Assembly: GCA_964016885.1 (NCBI GenBank)
Contig: CAXHJY010000083.1
Coordinates: forward strand, 1-64,000
DNA: 64,000 bases
Direction of reading: 5' to 3'
Origin: Eledone cirrhosa
Taxonomy: Eukaryota
The position numbers and the translations under genes were made by a program. Below the pieces are notes generated by a model. The model saw only the letters and a list, made by a program, of their open reading frames with translations, did not search any database and was not told where the DNA came from. Shown here in pieces: positions 43,115 to 56,849 of this stretch; within the stretch, counting starts at the first letter, position 1, and each line of letters begins with the position of its first letter.

Positions 43115-46100
43115 GATAGCAACTAACAGTGCTGCGATCGAATGTGGCTTTTTAGCCCAGCCAATGATCTAAAATGTCTTGCACAGAGTCGGCAACCAAA
43201 ACATTTACTGGGAATAGTCGGCTGTGGTTGGAGTTCGTGTACTTTTGCATGTCGCTTGAGTCCTCCTGCTGATTTACATTCTCTACCACATGTTTGGCAA
43301 GCATGATGAGTAGCATCTCCAACAGCAGCCTGGTAGTCAACCACTGGTCTTACTTTATGACTGCGAAGATGACTTTCGAGTCCAGCTTTGCTTAGGCAGA
43401 GTCTCGCACAGACGCTGCATGTCAGAAACATAGGAGGACCCTCGCCGTCTGGAAGTGCAACAGCAATACCCTTCCTCACGTCCCGCTTTACTTTCTCGTG
43501 TGCGATTCGAGATGCCTCAAAGGCAACTTTTCCCTCATATACAGTCTTTCTCCATTTATTACGATCAGCAGCAATATTTTCCCATGTATCAGCAGAGATG
43601 TTAGCGTCTTTCAGAGAGGCCTTCAAGGAATCCTTATACCTCTTTTTTGGTTTATGTGGCGGTCGTTTTCCTTTAACCAACTCTCCATAGAAGAGTTGTT
43701 TTGGTATTCTAGAATCCTTCATCCTGGCAAGGTGACCACTCCAACGGAGTCGCTGCTTAAGCACAAGAGCTTCTATACTGTCACACATAGAGCTTTCCAA
43801 AATCTCGACATCACTGATGTGGTCCCTCCAGCGTACGCCATGTATCCGTCTGAGACACATCTGATGGAAACGCTCCAATTGCTTAAGGTGGCGTCGATAT
43901 GTGACCCAGGTCTCGCAGGCATAAAGAAGGCAAGAGAGTACACATGCCCTGTACACCCTTACCTTTGTCCTCCTGCATATGTCTCGCCGACCCCAGAGTC
44001 GCCTTTCTAGCTTTCCGAAAGCATCACTTGCTTTCCTAATCCTAAGTGAGATCTCACTGTCAAGGTTGCCGTATCGATTGACAGTGCTTCCCAGGTAGAC
44101 AAACTGATCAACCACTCCAAGTCGTTTGCCATACACATAGATGTTTGGTTCAGTGTACTGCCTACCAGGTGCAGGTTGGTACATGACGACGGTTTTCTTG
44201 AGACTGACAGTCAAACCCAGGGCAGTGCAAGCGTCAGAAAATACATTCAAAATGTGCTGCATATCACTCTCTGTGTGCGCTACAAGATCGCAATCATCTG
44301 CATACAAGAGGTCTCTTATGACTGATGTAAATACTTTTGTCTTCGCAGCAAAGCGCCTGATGTTAAATATGCTGCCTGAGGTTCGATATCGGATGTAAAC
44401 ACCATGCTCGCAATTCCTGAATGCAATACAGAAAACCATTGCAAAGTATATGGCAAACAGGGTCGGTGCTGGAATATCCCCCTGTTTCACTCCATTTTTT
44501 ACTGAGATAGGCTCCGACATGTTACCTCCGACATTAACCCAAGCCTTCATGTCGTCATGGAAAGACCTAACTAAAGCAAGGAACTTATCAGGGCAACCAA
44601 GTTTCTGGAGAACCTTCCATAATGCATCTCTGTTGACAGTATCGAAAGCCTTTGTCAGATCGACAAAAACCTGATACAGATCCAAGCCCTGTTCAATGCA
44701 CTTCTCCTGGAGCTGTCTAGCTGAGAAGATCATATCAGTAGTGCCGCGTCCAACACGAAAACCAGATTGACTTTCAGGAAGGACACAATCTGCAATGTGT
44801 GTCAGCAGACGGTCCAGAAGCACCCTACATAAAACTTTCCCCACGACAGAAAGCAATGATATACCTCTGTAGTTCCCACAATCATTCCTGTTACCCTTTC
44901 CCTTGTACAAGACCACCATTACTGCATCTCTCCAGTCCTCAGGCACGGATTCATTAGCCCATATCCTTCCAAACAGAGAGTGAAGATGTTGCAGGAGTCT
45001 CTCACCACCATATTGTAGGAGCTCAGCATGTATGCCATCCATACCTGGAGATCTTCCACTGTTCAGCTTCGAAATAGCCACTGCAACCTCCACAAGTGTC
45101 GGAGGTTCTGCGAGAGCTACTTTCACAGGACTTTCCGGAATGAGATTGAGGAAATCTTCACTGACGACAGACGGCTGATTCAAAAGATCATCAAAGTGCT
45201 CTCGCCACCTTCGTAGAATTCCCTGTGAGTCACGAAGAAGTTCTTTGCCATCCTTGCTGCGAATCGGTGTCACCAGAGAAGAAGACGGTCCATAAACCTC
45301 ACGCAAGAGACTGTACAACAGCTTTGTGTTATTGCAATCAGACGCAGTTTGTATCTCACCAGCCTTCTCACTCCACCACTGATCCTTCATCTGAGAAAGA
45401 CTCCGCCTAACACGTGATTTTACATCCCTGAGCTCCTCATGCAACGTATTCCTCTCCTGTGGTCTTGCCGTCAAGTAGCGTGACAGAGCGCGCCTCTTAT
45501 CAGCCAACAAGTCATCTATATGCACATCCTTCTCATCAAACCAGTCCTGATGTTTTCTCTGCACCAATCCCAGAACACGTCTGCCTACATCATAAACCGA
45601 CTTTTTAAGGGTCGGCCAATCCTCACCAAGATCTGCAGCCTGCATCTCTTTTCTTCCAATGTCCTCTTCACATTTTTATCCTTAAGACGAGCAGCATTCA
45701 ATCTTTTGGGCAGGGCAACACCAGGAGCCCGGATTTTACGTTTGGTGATTAGATTCACTTTTGCGCGTACCAGGCGGTGGTCCGTCCAGCACTCAGCTCC
45801 ACGAAGAACACGAACACACTGCACATCCTGTCTGTCACGCATCCTGACTAGGACGTAGTCCAAAAGATGCCATTCCTTAGATGCAGGATGCATCCATGTG
45901 GTCTTGAATTTGTTCTTTTGTTGGAACATGGTGTTGGTAACACACAGATCCAGCTCCTCACACATCTGCAGCAAGAGCATACCATTGCTGTTACACTTTC
46001 CCACCCCATGCCTTCCGATTACATTCCATGTGTTAAAATCCCTACCCACTCTAGCATTAAAGTCACCAAGCACGATGACTTTGTCTGCCTGAGGGATATT

Positions 46101-46680
46101 TCTTAAAACACCTTTCAAGGCATGGTAAAAGGACAGTTTTTCTTCATCGACAGAATTCATAGTTGGAGCATACACACTCACCAGGGTAGCATATCTTCCC
46201 TTGTCCAGCGGAACTCTCATGGACATAAGACGCTCACTAATCCCCACTGGGAATTCTTCCAATTTATTCACCAGTACAGTCTTAACAGCAAATCCTACCC
46301 CAGCCTCTCTTCTGGTTCCTTCATCTCTTCCTTTCCAGAAGAATGTATATTCTCCACAAAATTCCGTAAGATGACCATCTCCAGCTAACCTCGTCTCAGA
46401 CAAAGCCACGATGGTCAAGATCGTAACGTCGAAGCTCCTTCGCAACAAGAGCGGTCCTTCGTTCAGGACGCTCCAAAGAATCCCTGTCAAGCAGCGTCCG
46501 TACGTTCCAGCAGCCAAGACTAAATGCCCTGTTTGGCTCTATTACAATGGCACGATGACGGGCGGGCCCAGGTTGTGATAACTTGGGGCCCCCTGCCTTA
46601 TTGCCAATGATCTCTTTTGTTCCAGAACCCAAATTGGCAATTATCTCGTTTACATTGTTCTGGAACATCATTGAATTGGA
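43113..46680 (-). mobile_element. RTE/BovB-like LINE with C-terminal C2H2 fingers, two frameshifts
   Basis: APE WNVRTL..ERRTAL..LSETR..GDFN..TDH; RT ESQSGF, GVKQG, YADD; three CxxC..H..H motifs; 3' end runs into (TG)n. Confidence 0.92.
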
Positions 46681-47169
46681 AAAAAAAAAAAAAAAAAAAA
46701 TAGATATAAGTATAATATAGTAATAATAATAATAAATATAGAATACTACACTAATATAATTAATAGTATAGTAACATACATATATATATACATACATACA
46801 TAATATATATACTTACATACATATATATATACACATACATATAGTATATATACATACATATATATATATATACATACATAATACTAATATATACATACAT
46901 ACATATATATATATACATACATATCATATATATACATACATACATATATAAATACATACATACATATAAATATACATAACATACATATATATATACATAC
47001 ATACATATATATACAATACATACAATATATAAATATACATAAATACATACATATATATATATTATACATACATATATAATATACATACATACACTATATA
47101 TATATATACTACATACATACATATATACATACATATATAATACATACATTACATACATACATAATATAT

Positions 47170-47202
<33 letters not shown>

Positions 47203-47439
47203 CTATACATACATACATACATATATAATATATACATATATATATATACATACATACATACATATATATATATATACATATATATATATACATACATACA
47301 TACATATATATATATATACATATATATATATACATACATACATACATATATATATATATACATACATATATATATAATATATACATAATATATATATATA
47401 TATATACATACATATATATATACATACATATATATATAC

Positions 47440-47472
<33 letters not shown>

Positions 47473-47504
47473 CATACATACATATATATATATATACATA
47501 CATA

Positions 47505-47536
<32 letters not shown>

Positions 47537-47783
47537 CATACATATATATATATTATATATATAATATATATATATATACATACATATATATACTTATATA
47601 TACATACATATATATATATATATATACTATATATTATATATATATACATACATATATATATATATACATACATATTATATATATATATACATAATATATA
47701 TATATATACATACATATATATATTATATATATACATACATATATATAGTATATATACATACATATATATATATATATACATAA

Positions 47784-47822
<39 letters not shown>

Positions 47823-47823
47823 C

Positions 47824-47888
<65 letters not shown>

Positions 47889-48039
47889 CATACATATATA
47901 TATATACATACATATATATATATACATACATATATATATATACATACATATATATATATATACATACATATATATATATATGCATACATATATATATATA
48001 CATACATGCATATATATACATACATACATATATATATAC

Positions 48040-48070
<31 letters not shown>

Positions 48071-48082
48071 CATATATATACA

Positions 48083-48118
<36 letters not shown>

Positions 48119-48131
48119 CATATATATATAC

Positions 48132-48201
<70 letters not shown>

Positions 48202-48209
48202 ACATATAC

Positions 48210-48242
<33 letters not shown>

Positions 48243-48439
48243 CATTCATATATATATATATATACATACATATATATATATATACTAGAGTAAAACATGT
48301 CCAGAGAATAAATTGATAATATATATACATCATCTCTATTCCCAATCAGCATAATTAACCACACAAATATATATACATACAAATATATATATATATATAT
48401 ATACATACATATGTATATATATATACATACATATGTATA

Positions 48440-49084
48440 TATATATGTATACGTACATACATATATGTATACATAGAATAGTATGTATATATACACATAC
48501 ATGCACACATATATATGTACGTATGGATTCACTGAACATTTATTATAATGCTCGGTTTGTTCGTAAACAAACATCCCAAATTAAGCCGTACAGTGTTTAG
48601 CAACCATCGTTGCCCTTTTGTTCAACACTGACAAAGGAACGATGTACTAGTTTCAAGCTTATTAACTATCGTCAGCACCGTATACCTTCCTGCCAGATGA
48701 TTGAATGTCTGAAAGTATACCCTTTCCTTATGCATATTAACGGCTGAGCAGCCTAATTTGCATATCGAGTGAGTTAATCGGCCGGGCGCACTGAAAACGA
48801 TAAATGGAAAAAATGAAACAAAATTTCATTTCTCACTCTTAGTATGGCTGTTACTTAAATATAAGTATGTATACGTACATACATATATGTATACAGACGT
48901 ACAGTAGTATGTATATATATACATACATGCACACATATATATATGTACGTATGGATTTATCGAACATTTATTATAATGCCCGGTATGTTTGTAAACAAAC
49001 ATATATGTATGTACGTATACATACTTATATTTAAGTAACATCCGTACTAAAAGTGAGAAATGAAATTTTGTTTCATTTGTTTCC

Positions 49085-49085
<1 letters not shown>
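48440..49085 (-). repeat. Older HHR-containing partial tandem (~425 bp period) with inverted terminal segment
   Basis: 48451-48574 repeated directly at 48873-49002; 49001-49085 is the reverse complement of ~48803-48887. Confidence 0.75.
48640..48680 (-). ncRNA. Minimal type I hammerhead ribozyme
   Basis: CGGTG-CTGACGA-tagttaataagctt-GAAA-CTAG-TA-CATCG; intact core; palindromic ACTAGT stem III. Confidence 0.75.
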
Positions 49086-49115
<30 letters not shown>

Positions 49116-49987
49116 CAGGAAGTTGTAAATTTATATCCAATGATAAATTCTGATGTGAATTGTGATATTTTGTTTATTACCATTTTCACACAGTCTCATA
49201 AATAACAGCAGTGGCAGCAGAGGTACAGGAAGACCTCATTTTAATAGGGAGTTTGATACATGAAAATAACCATCATAGCACTATTTCTGTCAAGAATTTG
49301 ATTTATGCAAGAAAAAATTTTCATTTATGCAATATATATATCAAGCATTGGAGAGATATCTAGTCTATGAGACAGTGACACTACCATCATCAGCAACATC
49401 ATTGTTTGAGGGTCATCCTTCCTTCTAGCAAGCGTATCATCATCATTGACGTGAAGACAATGTTTATGATGGGGGTGGTGATGAGGATGATGAATGTGGC
49501 AGAGAGAGGGGAGTGATTTCCTTCAAATTGAAGAGTTTTCAAGAAGAGCTGAAAAGTAAAGGAGTTTCACGAAAGTTCTTACCAATGACCCAATGGAGGT
49601 CAATTTAATTAAATAAAAATGAAATAAAAACAAGAAAAAATATTGATGTATTTAATATTTGGTTTAGTTTTAATGAAAATCAAAACTAGTTTATGACTGA
49701 CCTATCACACCAACATATACTAAAATAATTGTTTCTACTTTTGGCACAAGGCCAGCAATTATCCCAGTGCATTACTGGTGCTTTATTTTATCGACCCCAA
49801 TGGCACCCTGCTAAATAAAGGGTTGGGAAGAGCCTTAGTTGTGTCGAAGACATGACAACCTCCCCTGTGTATTCGTTTTAGTACTGCCTTGGTCTATGTA
49901 GACCCAGCAAACCCTTGTTAGCAGAGAAAGTGGATGTTAAAACAATGATGATGATAATAATAATAATAAATATATATATATATATAT

Positions 49988-50200
49988 CATCATTTTACAT
50001 CCGCTTTTCCCTGCTTGCAAGGGTGGGACAGGAACTGATTCTGGCTTGATTTCTACAGCTGGATGCCCTTCCTAACGCCAACCTCTTTTTCAGTGAGTGC
50101 TGGGTGCTTTTTTTTTTTCCGTGGCGCCTACACGTCCACTTTACAGTGTGCACTGGGTGCTTTTTTGCCGTGGCACCTCCATGACCACTTTGCAGTGGAA
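49988..50200 (-). mobile_element. Degenerate RTE-type 3' end/SINE tail
   Basis: CTACAGCTGGATGCCCTTCCTAAC shared with the 3' UTR of the RTE at 7170-7200. Confidence 0.65.
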
Positions 50201-50224
50201 TGATAGGGATCCCAGTCCTATCAT

Positions 50225-50368
50225 CTCATTTCTACAGCTGAGTAAACTGGAGCAATGTGAAATAAAGTGTCTTGCTCAAGGAAACAACACATCACCCGGT
50301 CTGAGAATTGAACTCACAATCTTTCGATTGCAAGCCCAATGCTCTAACCACTAAGCCATGTGCCTCCT
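50225..50368 (-). mobile_element. tRNA-derived SINE 5' part with CORE/V-like central box
   Basis: A box TGGCTTAGTGG, B box GAGTTCAATTC, followed by TCCTTGAGCAAGACACTT. Confidence 0.75.
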
Positions 50369-51029
50369 ATATATATATATGAAAAATGAATAAACAGGAG
50401 GGTGATGACTATTTGAGACCTTAGAGAAAGAAATGTGAACAATGAATAACAAGTTAAAGTAACATCACTTATTTTTGTGTTTATCATGTTCTATACAGTG
50501 TGAAGTTATAAATATATGTATATTTATGGTGATGGTGTAACAATTTCTTTATACAAAACTTGTAATTCTCAGACAAATGTTCCCATGTTTACATTCTTCT
50601 ACAGTTCTACAATAAGTGGTACAAATGTTAATGCCTCAATCTTCAGAATAAAAAAATCTATTCCATCCTTCAGTAAAATGAAATTGACAAAGATGACATT
50701 AAAGTGGATAATAACAAAATTGAGATTTTAGATGATGAAATTGAAGTTGATGATGTCAAATTTGTGATTGATCATGACAAAACTGAAGTTGACAATGACA
50801 AATTTGAGTTTGATGATAACAAAATCAATACTGATAATGATGAATTTGAGGAGGAAACTCTGGTGACCAACTACTTGGAAGATATGGGGGATCAAGACAG
50901 TCCCTCATCCTTCCTACAGTCCAGACTTACTCCCAGGTCTTCTGCAGTACAGTCCGATGCCAAGGATCTTGATCCTGTGTCAACTCCTTTGTGAGGTTTA
51001 ATTAGGTAAGGTCAGCTTTTATCACTTCA

Positions 51030-51808
51030 CCCCCAAGCTTTCCAATGTCTTCCTCTTCCATAGTTACCATAGACTTTGAGTGTCCTACACCCTTTTATAC
51101 AGCTATCACCCTCCATATACATCACAATCTCTTCTCTTGTACACTGCATCTGACCCCTCTGATGCCCAGTTTCTCTTTCGGTTCACTGGTGCTTTGTCAT
51201 TCATGCACACTACTGTTCCACATCCATCAGAGCATGTAAGCTGTATTTCTTTCTAATCTTTGAAGGTCCTCTGCACATATAGCTCAGGCCTCACTACCAT
51301 GCAACATTGCTGTTTCTACATAAACTTCATACAATCTGCCTTTCATTTTGAGGAAAAAATCCTTTTATAGCTAACAGTAGAAGACGCTCCCTTAACATTT
51401 TCCATCTCATTCTCACTCTAGCTACTATACTTTCAGAACACTCACCTCCACTGCTAATTTGATCTCTTATGTAACAAACACTATCAACTACTTCTACAGA
51501 GCCCTCTGGGCATTTACAGGAGCTTGTTTCCTATGAACTCTTTCTCCTTACTGCTCCTTTACAAAGTCTACATTCTTTGCTAGCCTGTCTGAGATCCCAC
51601 TACACCTCTTGTGTACCCATAGTTTGCATTTGGAACATAGGATGGAATTTCTACCTACTCCTTTCCTGCACACTGAGCAAGGCCTTTTTCCTGAGGGGAT
51701 CTGGGCCCTGTTTCCCTTTCTACATACTAGGAATTTAGGCTTTGCCAAGTTGATTTTAAGACCTTTTGATTCTAGGCCATTCTTTCAGGTTTGGAATTTC
51801 TTCTCTCT
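51030..51808 (-). pseudogene. Old degenerate relic of the PHD-RTE RT region
   Basis: [35 protein letters not shown]; stops and indels. Confidence 0.85.
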
Positions 51809-52052
51809 TTATATATATATTATAATATTATATATATACTATATATATATATATATTATATATATATTATAATATTATATATTATAATATTATAATATTA
51901 TATATATATTATAATATTATAACACATATATATATATTATAATGTTATAACACATATATATATATATATTATAATATTATAACACATATCATGGTCTATA
52001 TGTATATATATATATATTAAATAAATGGAAACTATATCTATAAAACCATATT

Positions 52053-52113
52053 TATTCTATTATATATATTTCAAGGCTACCAACACTTTGGTATGCTCTC
52101 ATCAAATAAAATA
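52053..52113 (-). ncRNA. Hammerhead-like motif with C3>U core change, in a short PLE-like terminus (52017-52250)
   Basis: TATTTTAT-TTGATGA-gagcaTACCAA-agtg-TTGGTAgcctt-GAAA-TATATA-TA-ATAGAATA; 8-bp stem I. Confidence 0.55.
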
Positions 52114-52257
52114 CAAAGTTTGATTTATAAATATTGACATATTTATTTAATATCATTGAATATTATACTCCAGAAAACTTGTCGAGTGCTTTGAATCAGT
52201 TATAAACAATTAGATTTGTTGAATTACCAACAAATTAAATATCCCTTTTGCTTATAT

Positions 52258-52354
<97 letters not shown>

Positions 52355-52714
52355 CATATATATATACATATATATATATATACATATATATATACATATA
52401 TATATATATACATATATACATATATATATATATACATATATACATATATAAGTTTCTTTTATTTGCCACTAGGGCATCAAAAGTGGGACAAGTACAAAGG
52501 GGGGAGTTTACACAAAAAGGCGTCCTCAATAAGGAGGAGGCAATAACAAAATATAAAAATAAAATAAGATATAACAAAAAATAAAATTTTTAACAAAATC
52601 CTCAATAGAGAGGAGGCGCCTTGGGGGGTCGCACACACCCCCGAAAAAAGTGTGCAACCCTTTTCCTCAGGAGCACAGAGAGGGGGTGCTCCCTCGTTCC
52701 TTCCTCTCCTCCAC

Positions 52715-55700
52715 CTACAGGCTTATGTAAAGAGAAGGCCCATTCACACGGGCCATTCTCGCCACTTTCACCCACCTTTCATAAAAACGACTGGGGTGCA
52801 GCACCTCTCTCTCCATCCTGATCCTTCTTCCGAAATGATATCGGAAGAAACGGACCAGTTGTTGGCCAGAGAGAAAGGTGCCTGACCTCAGTCCTTTCAG
52901 ACGCGTCCACCATACAACCTCTTTCGCCATGGCTATTACGCACAGAAACACCGCCTCTGCTTCATCTTTGAAGGGGGGAGGCGGCTTGATCATTACAATG
53001 GACTCGGTGGTCAACCGGATCGGTCCCACCCTTGACAGCAGTTGTTCGACATAGCCCCACAGATCGGCTACGCCCGAGCAGTGTACCAATGCGTGTGCAA
53101 CGGTTTCCTCGTCGCACACGCATCTGGGACAGATCTTTTTGGCGGGGTCCCTACCCGGGCGCCCATGTCTGTAGAGCCTTTCTCGAACGGGTAAAGCCCC
53201 TCGGTAGCACTGCCAGGCCAGGGACTTCTGGAAGTTGTCCATAGGTCCCGGGCTGAATGTCCTACTGAACAGGCTGGCCAGTTCGTCCTCCTCCATGTCT
53301 AGGGCTTCTCCGAGGGCGTCGTCGCACCTGCTGCGTACCAGCCCTCTATAGAATGTTGCGGTGGAGTCTCCACTGATAACCGGATCCGCCTGCCAGAGGG
53401 CGGTGAGCGCCTGGGCACACTCAGTGTGCCAGGCGCCCAGTTTTCTCGGTCTTTGCTTGACCCAGGATTGCAGCTCGGTGAGTGAGACGAGTCTGGGAAA
53501 GGTTCGTCTCACAAACGAGGCCCACACCGGTTGTCCGGTGAGGAATACGTAGAGGTGCCGTAGCCTTAATGCGTGTTTACGCATCATTAGCCACGGCATC
53601 CCCAGCCCTCCTTTCGAAGGGTGTTGACAGCAGATGGAACTCCTCACCATAGGAGCCCGCCCCTTCCAAAGGAATTGGAAGAGCGCGCGCTCCATCTTGG
53701 TGAGGGTTTCCCTTGGGCAGGGCACTACGGTCAGGCGGTAGTAGATGACGGACGCTATATAAGTGTTCGCCACCTCCGCCCGACCTTTCAGGGATAGTTT
53801 GCAACTGGCCCACTTCTGGGTCAGTGCAAACACCCTGTTCGTAACCTCCGCCCAGTTTTTCTCCACCTGGAGGTCCGGTCCGAACCAGACCCCGAGCAAC
53901 TTCACCGGGCCCTCCGTCCAGCGTCCGACGACGCCATCGGAGGGCATCGGTCTGCCCCTCCACGTGCCGAGTTGCAAACCGATCGACTTGTCCCGGTTCA
54001 GCTTAGCCCCTGTGAACTTTTCGTACTCCTCCAGTAAGGTGCCGACCGCCTCGATTTCGGAGGCCGTCGACACCATTACTGTCACGTCATCGGCGTAGGC
54101 TGACACCGCTTTCCGCAATCCCGGTTCCAAAGGGATGCCCTGCAACAACTCCAACTTCCGCAGTAGTGGCTCGAGAGTCAACACATACAGAAGGGAGGAG
54201 AGAGGGCACCCTTGTCGGATGGACCGCGCGATTTTGAACGGCTCCGAGAGGTAGCCGTTCACCTTGACCCTAGAGCAGATGCGGCTGCTGTGCATAGCAG
54301 TGATCCAGCCCCTGAAAACGGGTCCGAAGCCTGCCGCTGCTAGCACCGCATCCAGGTAACCATGGTCGACCCTATCGAACGCCTTAGATTGATCCAAGTT
54401 GATCAGAGCCCCACCAAAGCCGGGTTCGTTCCCAACCCTCTCTATGATGTATCGCATGAGGTGGAGGTTGTCATGGATGGACCTGGACGGGATAGCGCAT
54501 GTCTGCGCATCTCCCACCAGGTTGCCCACGACAAGCGCCAACCTCTTTGCTAGCACCTTGGCCAAAATCTGTAACTCTGTATTTAGCAGAGTTATGGGCC
54601 TGAAGTTACTTATTTCGTCCCCCTTGTTCTCGTCCTTCCTCACTAGCGTGACTACGCCCTTGGTCACAGTACAGGGAATTCTCCCGTTCTGTTGCCAGTT
54701 GCAGTAGACCGCCTCGAGGAGATCGGGGAACAAGTCCGGCATAGCTAGATATAATTCGTAAGGAAGACCATCGAGACCCGGGGATTTGCGTTTGCCGCAT
54801 TGGCCCAGCACGTCCTCTATCTCAGCGGCCGAAATCGGCTCCTCGCAAGACTTCGCCTCCCTGTCCGAGAGGCGCGGCAGGCCGTCGAGGTATGGACCGA
54901 AGTCCACGTTCCCAACCGGCTCCCCGCCCCTCCCGAACAGTCGGGCAAAGTGCCTTTGAAAGGCCTCACACATCTGCTTAGGCTCAAGAATCGCCCGTCC
55001 ATCCAGGTCTCGCAAAGACCGGATGGTGGATTTAGTTCCACTGTTGGCCTCTGTCACGCGGGCCCAGCTAACAGCTTTGGCCCCCTCGTTCCCTAGAGCA
55101 CGTATTTTACTTCGGACAACGCAGCCTTCGTGCTTCGCGTCGAAAAACTGGCTCAAAGCCGTTCTCGACGCTAGCACTCTGGCCACGTCGCCGCTTCTAA
55201 TTGCCTCTTCTACTCTATCTATTAGCTCCCTTTCCTTCCTATTCCTATCCGCAGCTAGAACCTTACTAAATTCAATCGAGACTACTTTAATCTCTCTCTT
55301 TAGAGATACCCACCACCTGCTGTTGACGATCGCTCCAGTCAACCGTTCCTTAACTAACGTACTAATCCGATTCCTGTAGGCTCTACTTGCCGGCAAGGAC
55401 AAGTTGAGCTTCCAGTAACCGGGGCCCTGTCTATGCGTTCTATCAAGGTTGACCATGCAGGTCACCAACTTGTGGTCTGAATAGCCAACCATGAGCATTT
55501 CTGGACAACTTAAAAAATCCCTGTCCTTATTTCTAACTAAAAATCTATCTAGGTACGATCTAGATGATCCGCTGCGATTTGACCAAGACCAGGTTGGCAC
55601 CGTCGGAAAATCTAGTCGAAATCTATCGGCCAGGTCAAATCGGCCGAGTAACCCCTTGAGGCTGTTGCACCCCTCTCTATCGGGACATGCCCCTGCATAG

Positions 55701-56152
55701 TCCCAACGTGCATCCAGGATACCATTCCAATCCCCCACTAAAAGCAGGGAACGGGACGTCCCTAGAAAAGACTCCAGACGCTGGAAAAAGTCGGGCCGCT
55801 CTGTCCCAAAAGGGGCATATGCGGCTATCAGCCTAAAGGCTCTACCTTCACCACTGCCAAGGTCCAGCACCACCAGTCGACCCCCTGGGTCCAAGTGAAC
55901 TATCTGTGTTGCAAGGCCCATATGTTTTTGCAGCAGAACGACAACCCCACCCCCACCTCCGGGCTGACAGAGAGATGCGTGCATCTCAAAGTCGTCAAAG
56001 GTGGGGGCTAGCTGTCGCATGCTGCTGATCCGGGCCTCGCAGATAACCATCACATTTATAGATTGTGACCTGAGGTCATTTAGAAGCATTGCTTGCTTCC
56101 AAGACGAGCCCAGGCCACGCGCATTTAGACACCCTACTCTTAGCACAGCCAT
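52715..56152 (-). CDS. Tx1/L1 ORF2: APE + RT + zinc finger (intact)
   Basis: CLNARGL, GDWN, YLDR, SDH, GYWKLN, KSPGLDG, FRPITLLN, DQSKAFDRV, RQGCPLS, YADD, CPRC..ETVAHALVHC; likely ATG at 56152. Confidence 0.95.
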   Translation of the reverse strand: MAVLRVGCLNARGLGSSWKQAMLLNDLRSQSINVMVICEARISSMRQLAPTFDDFEMHASLCQPGGGGGVVVLLQKHMGLATQIVHLDPGGRLVVLDLGSGEGRAFRLIAAYAPFGTERPDFFQRLESFLGTSRSLLLVGDWNGILDARWDYAGACPDREGCNSLKGLLGRFDLADRFRLDFPTVPTWSWSNRSGSSRSYLDRFLVRNKDRDFLSCPEMLMVGYSDHKLVTCMVNLDRTHRQGPGYWKLNLSLPASRAYRNRISTLVKERLTGAIVNSRWWVSLKREIKVVSIEFSKVLAADRNRKERELIDRVEEAIRSGDVARVLASRTALSQFFDAKHEGCVVRSKIRALGNEGAKAVSWARVTEANSGTKSTIRSLRDLDGRAILEPKQMCEAFQRHFARLFGRGGEPVGNVDFGPYLDGLPRLSDREAKSCEEPISAAEIEDVLGQCGKRKSPGLDGLPYELYLAMPDLFPDLLEAVYCNWQQNGRIPCTVTKGVVTLVRKDENKGDEISNFRPITLLNTELQILAKVLAKRLALVVGNLVGDAQTCAIPSRSIHDNLHLMRYIIERVGNEPGFGGALINLDQSKAFDRVDHGYLDAVLAAAGFGPVFRGWITAMHSSRICSRVKVNGYLSEPFKIARSIRQGCPLSSLLYVLTLEPLLRKLELLQGIPLEPGLRKAVSAYADDVTVMVSTASEIEAVGTLLEEYEKFTGAKLNRDKSIGLQLGTWRGRPMPSDGVVGRWTEGPVKLLGVWFGPDLQVEKNWAEVTNRVFALTQKWASCKLSLKGRAEVANTYIASVIYYRLTVVPCPRETLTKMERALFQFLWKGRAPMVRSSICCQHPSKGGLGMPWLMMRKHALRLRHLYVFLTGQPVWASFVRRTFPRLVSLTELQSWVKQRPRKLGAWHTECAQALTALWQADPVISGDSTATFYRGLVRSRCDDALGEALDMEEDELASLFSRTFSPGPMDNFQKSLAWQCYRGALPVRERLYRHGRPGRDPAKKICPRCVCDEETVAHALVHCSGVADLWGYVEQLLSRVGPIRLTTESIVMIKPPPPFKDEAEAVFLCVIAMAKEVVWWTRLKGLRSGTFLSGQQLVRFFRYHFGRRIRMEREVLHPSRFYERWVKVARMARVNGPSLYISL

Positions 56153-56849
56153 GTTGGTGGTAAAGAGAAAAGGCACTTACCTCTCTGCGTCCCGGGAAAC
56201 GGGCCGCTCAATTTCCATGCTGGTTGGGGATGGGTTGTTGGGTGGGGTTGTGGTTTGTGGAAGTGAAGGGGCATCGGTGTGTTGTGGGGTTGGGGTGTTT
56301 GTCGTTGAGTGGGTGTCTGGGTGGGGTGGGGGGGTGACATTTTTTAGGAGGACGCGGTTGATTGGTTTGGCGCAGGGGGGGCCCACGTCCTCCGTGAAAT
56401 TTATTTTCAGTGTTTTGTACAAGTGCATTGGGACTTTTATCATTTTCAAATGAGGTAGTCCCACAGCAGTTATAAAGTTTGGCCCTTCAGTTTGGACCGA
56501 AGGGTTTGCTGAAATTGTTTTCCGTAATTCTTTGTTGTCTGTGTTCATGTATGTGTATTGTAAGGTCTTTTTTTGTGTAGCAGTTAGTGTTGTGTGACAG
56601 GGAGGGGTGGTTTGTGTGTAGTTTGTGTTCTCTTGGGGGGGATTAAAGTTAACATGTGTGTCTGTGGTGCGTCTCCTCTTCTTTCTTTTTACTTGTTGGA
56701 AGGGATCTTTTTCGTCTTGCGACGAGAGAGGTTCGTCTTCCTTGTTGGGTGGGAGGGGTATGTTTTCTGGTAGTGTTTGCGGTGTGCGTGTTTTTGTATT
56801 TGTTTTGGGTGGGGAGGGATTGGGTGGGACAGTATTCTGTGTTATTTTT

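Noticed and set aside
43123-46680. Programmed frameshifts in the BovB-like and PHD-RTE copies
   Set aside because: Breaks fall inside conserved domains or homopolymers and differ between copies; decay or sequencing error is more likely
50290-50368. tRNA gene
   Set aside because: A/B boxes continue into a SINE core; no proper acceptor stem
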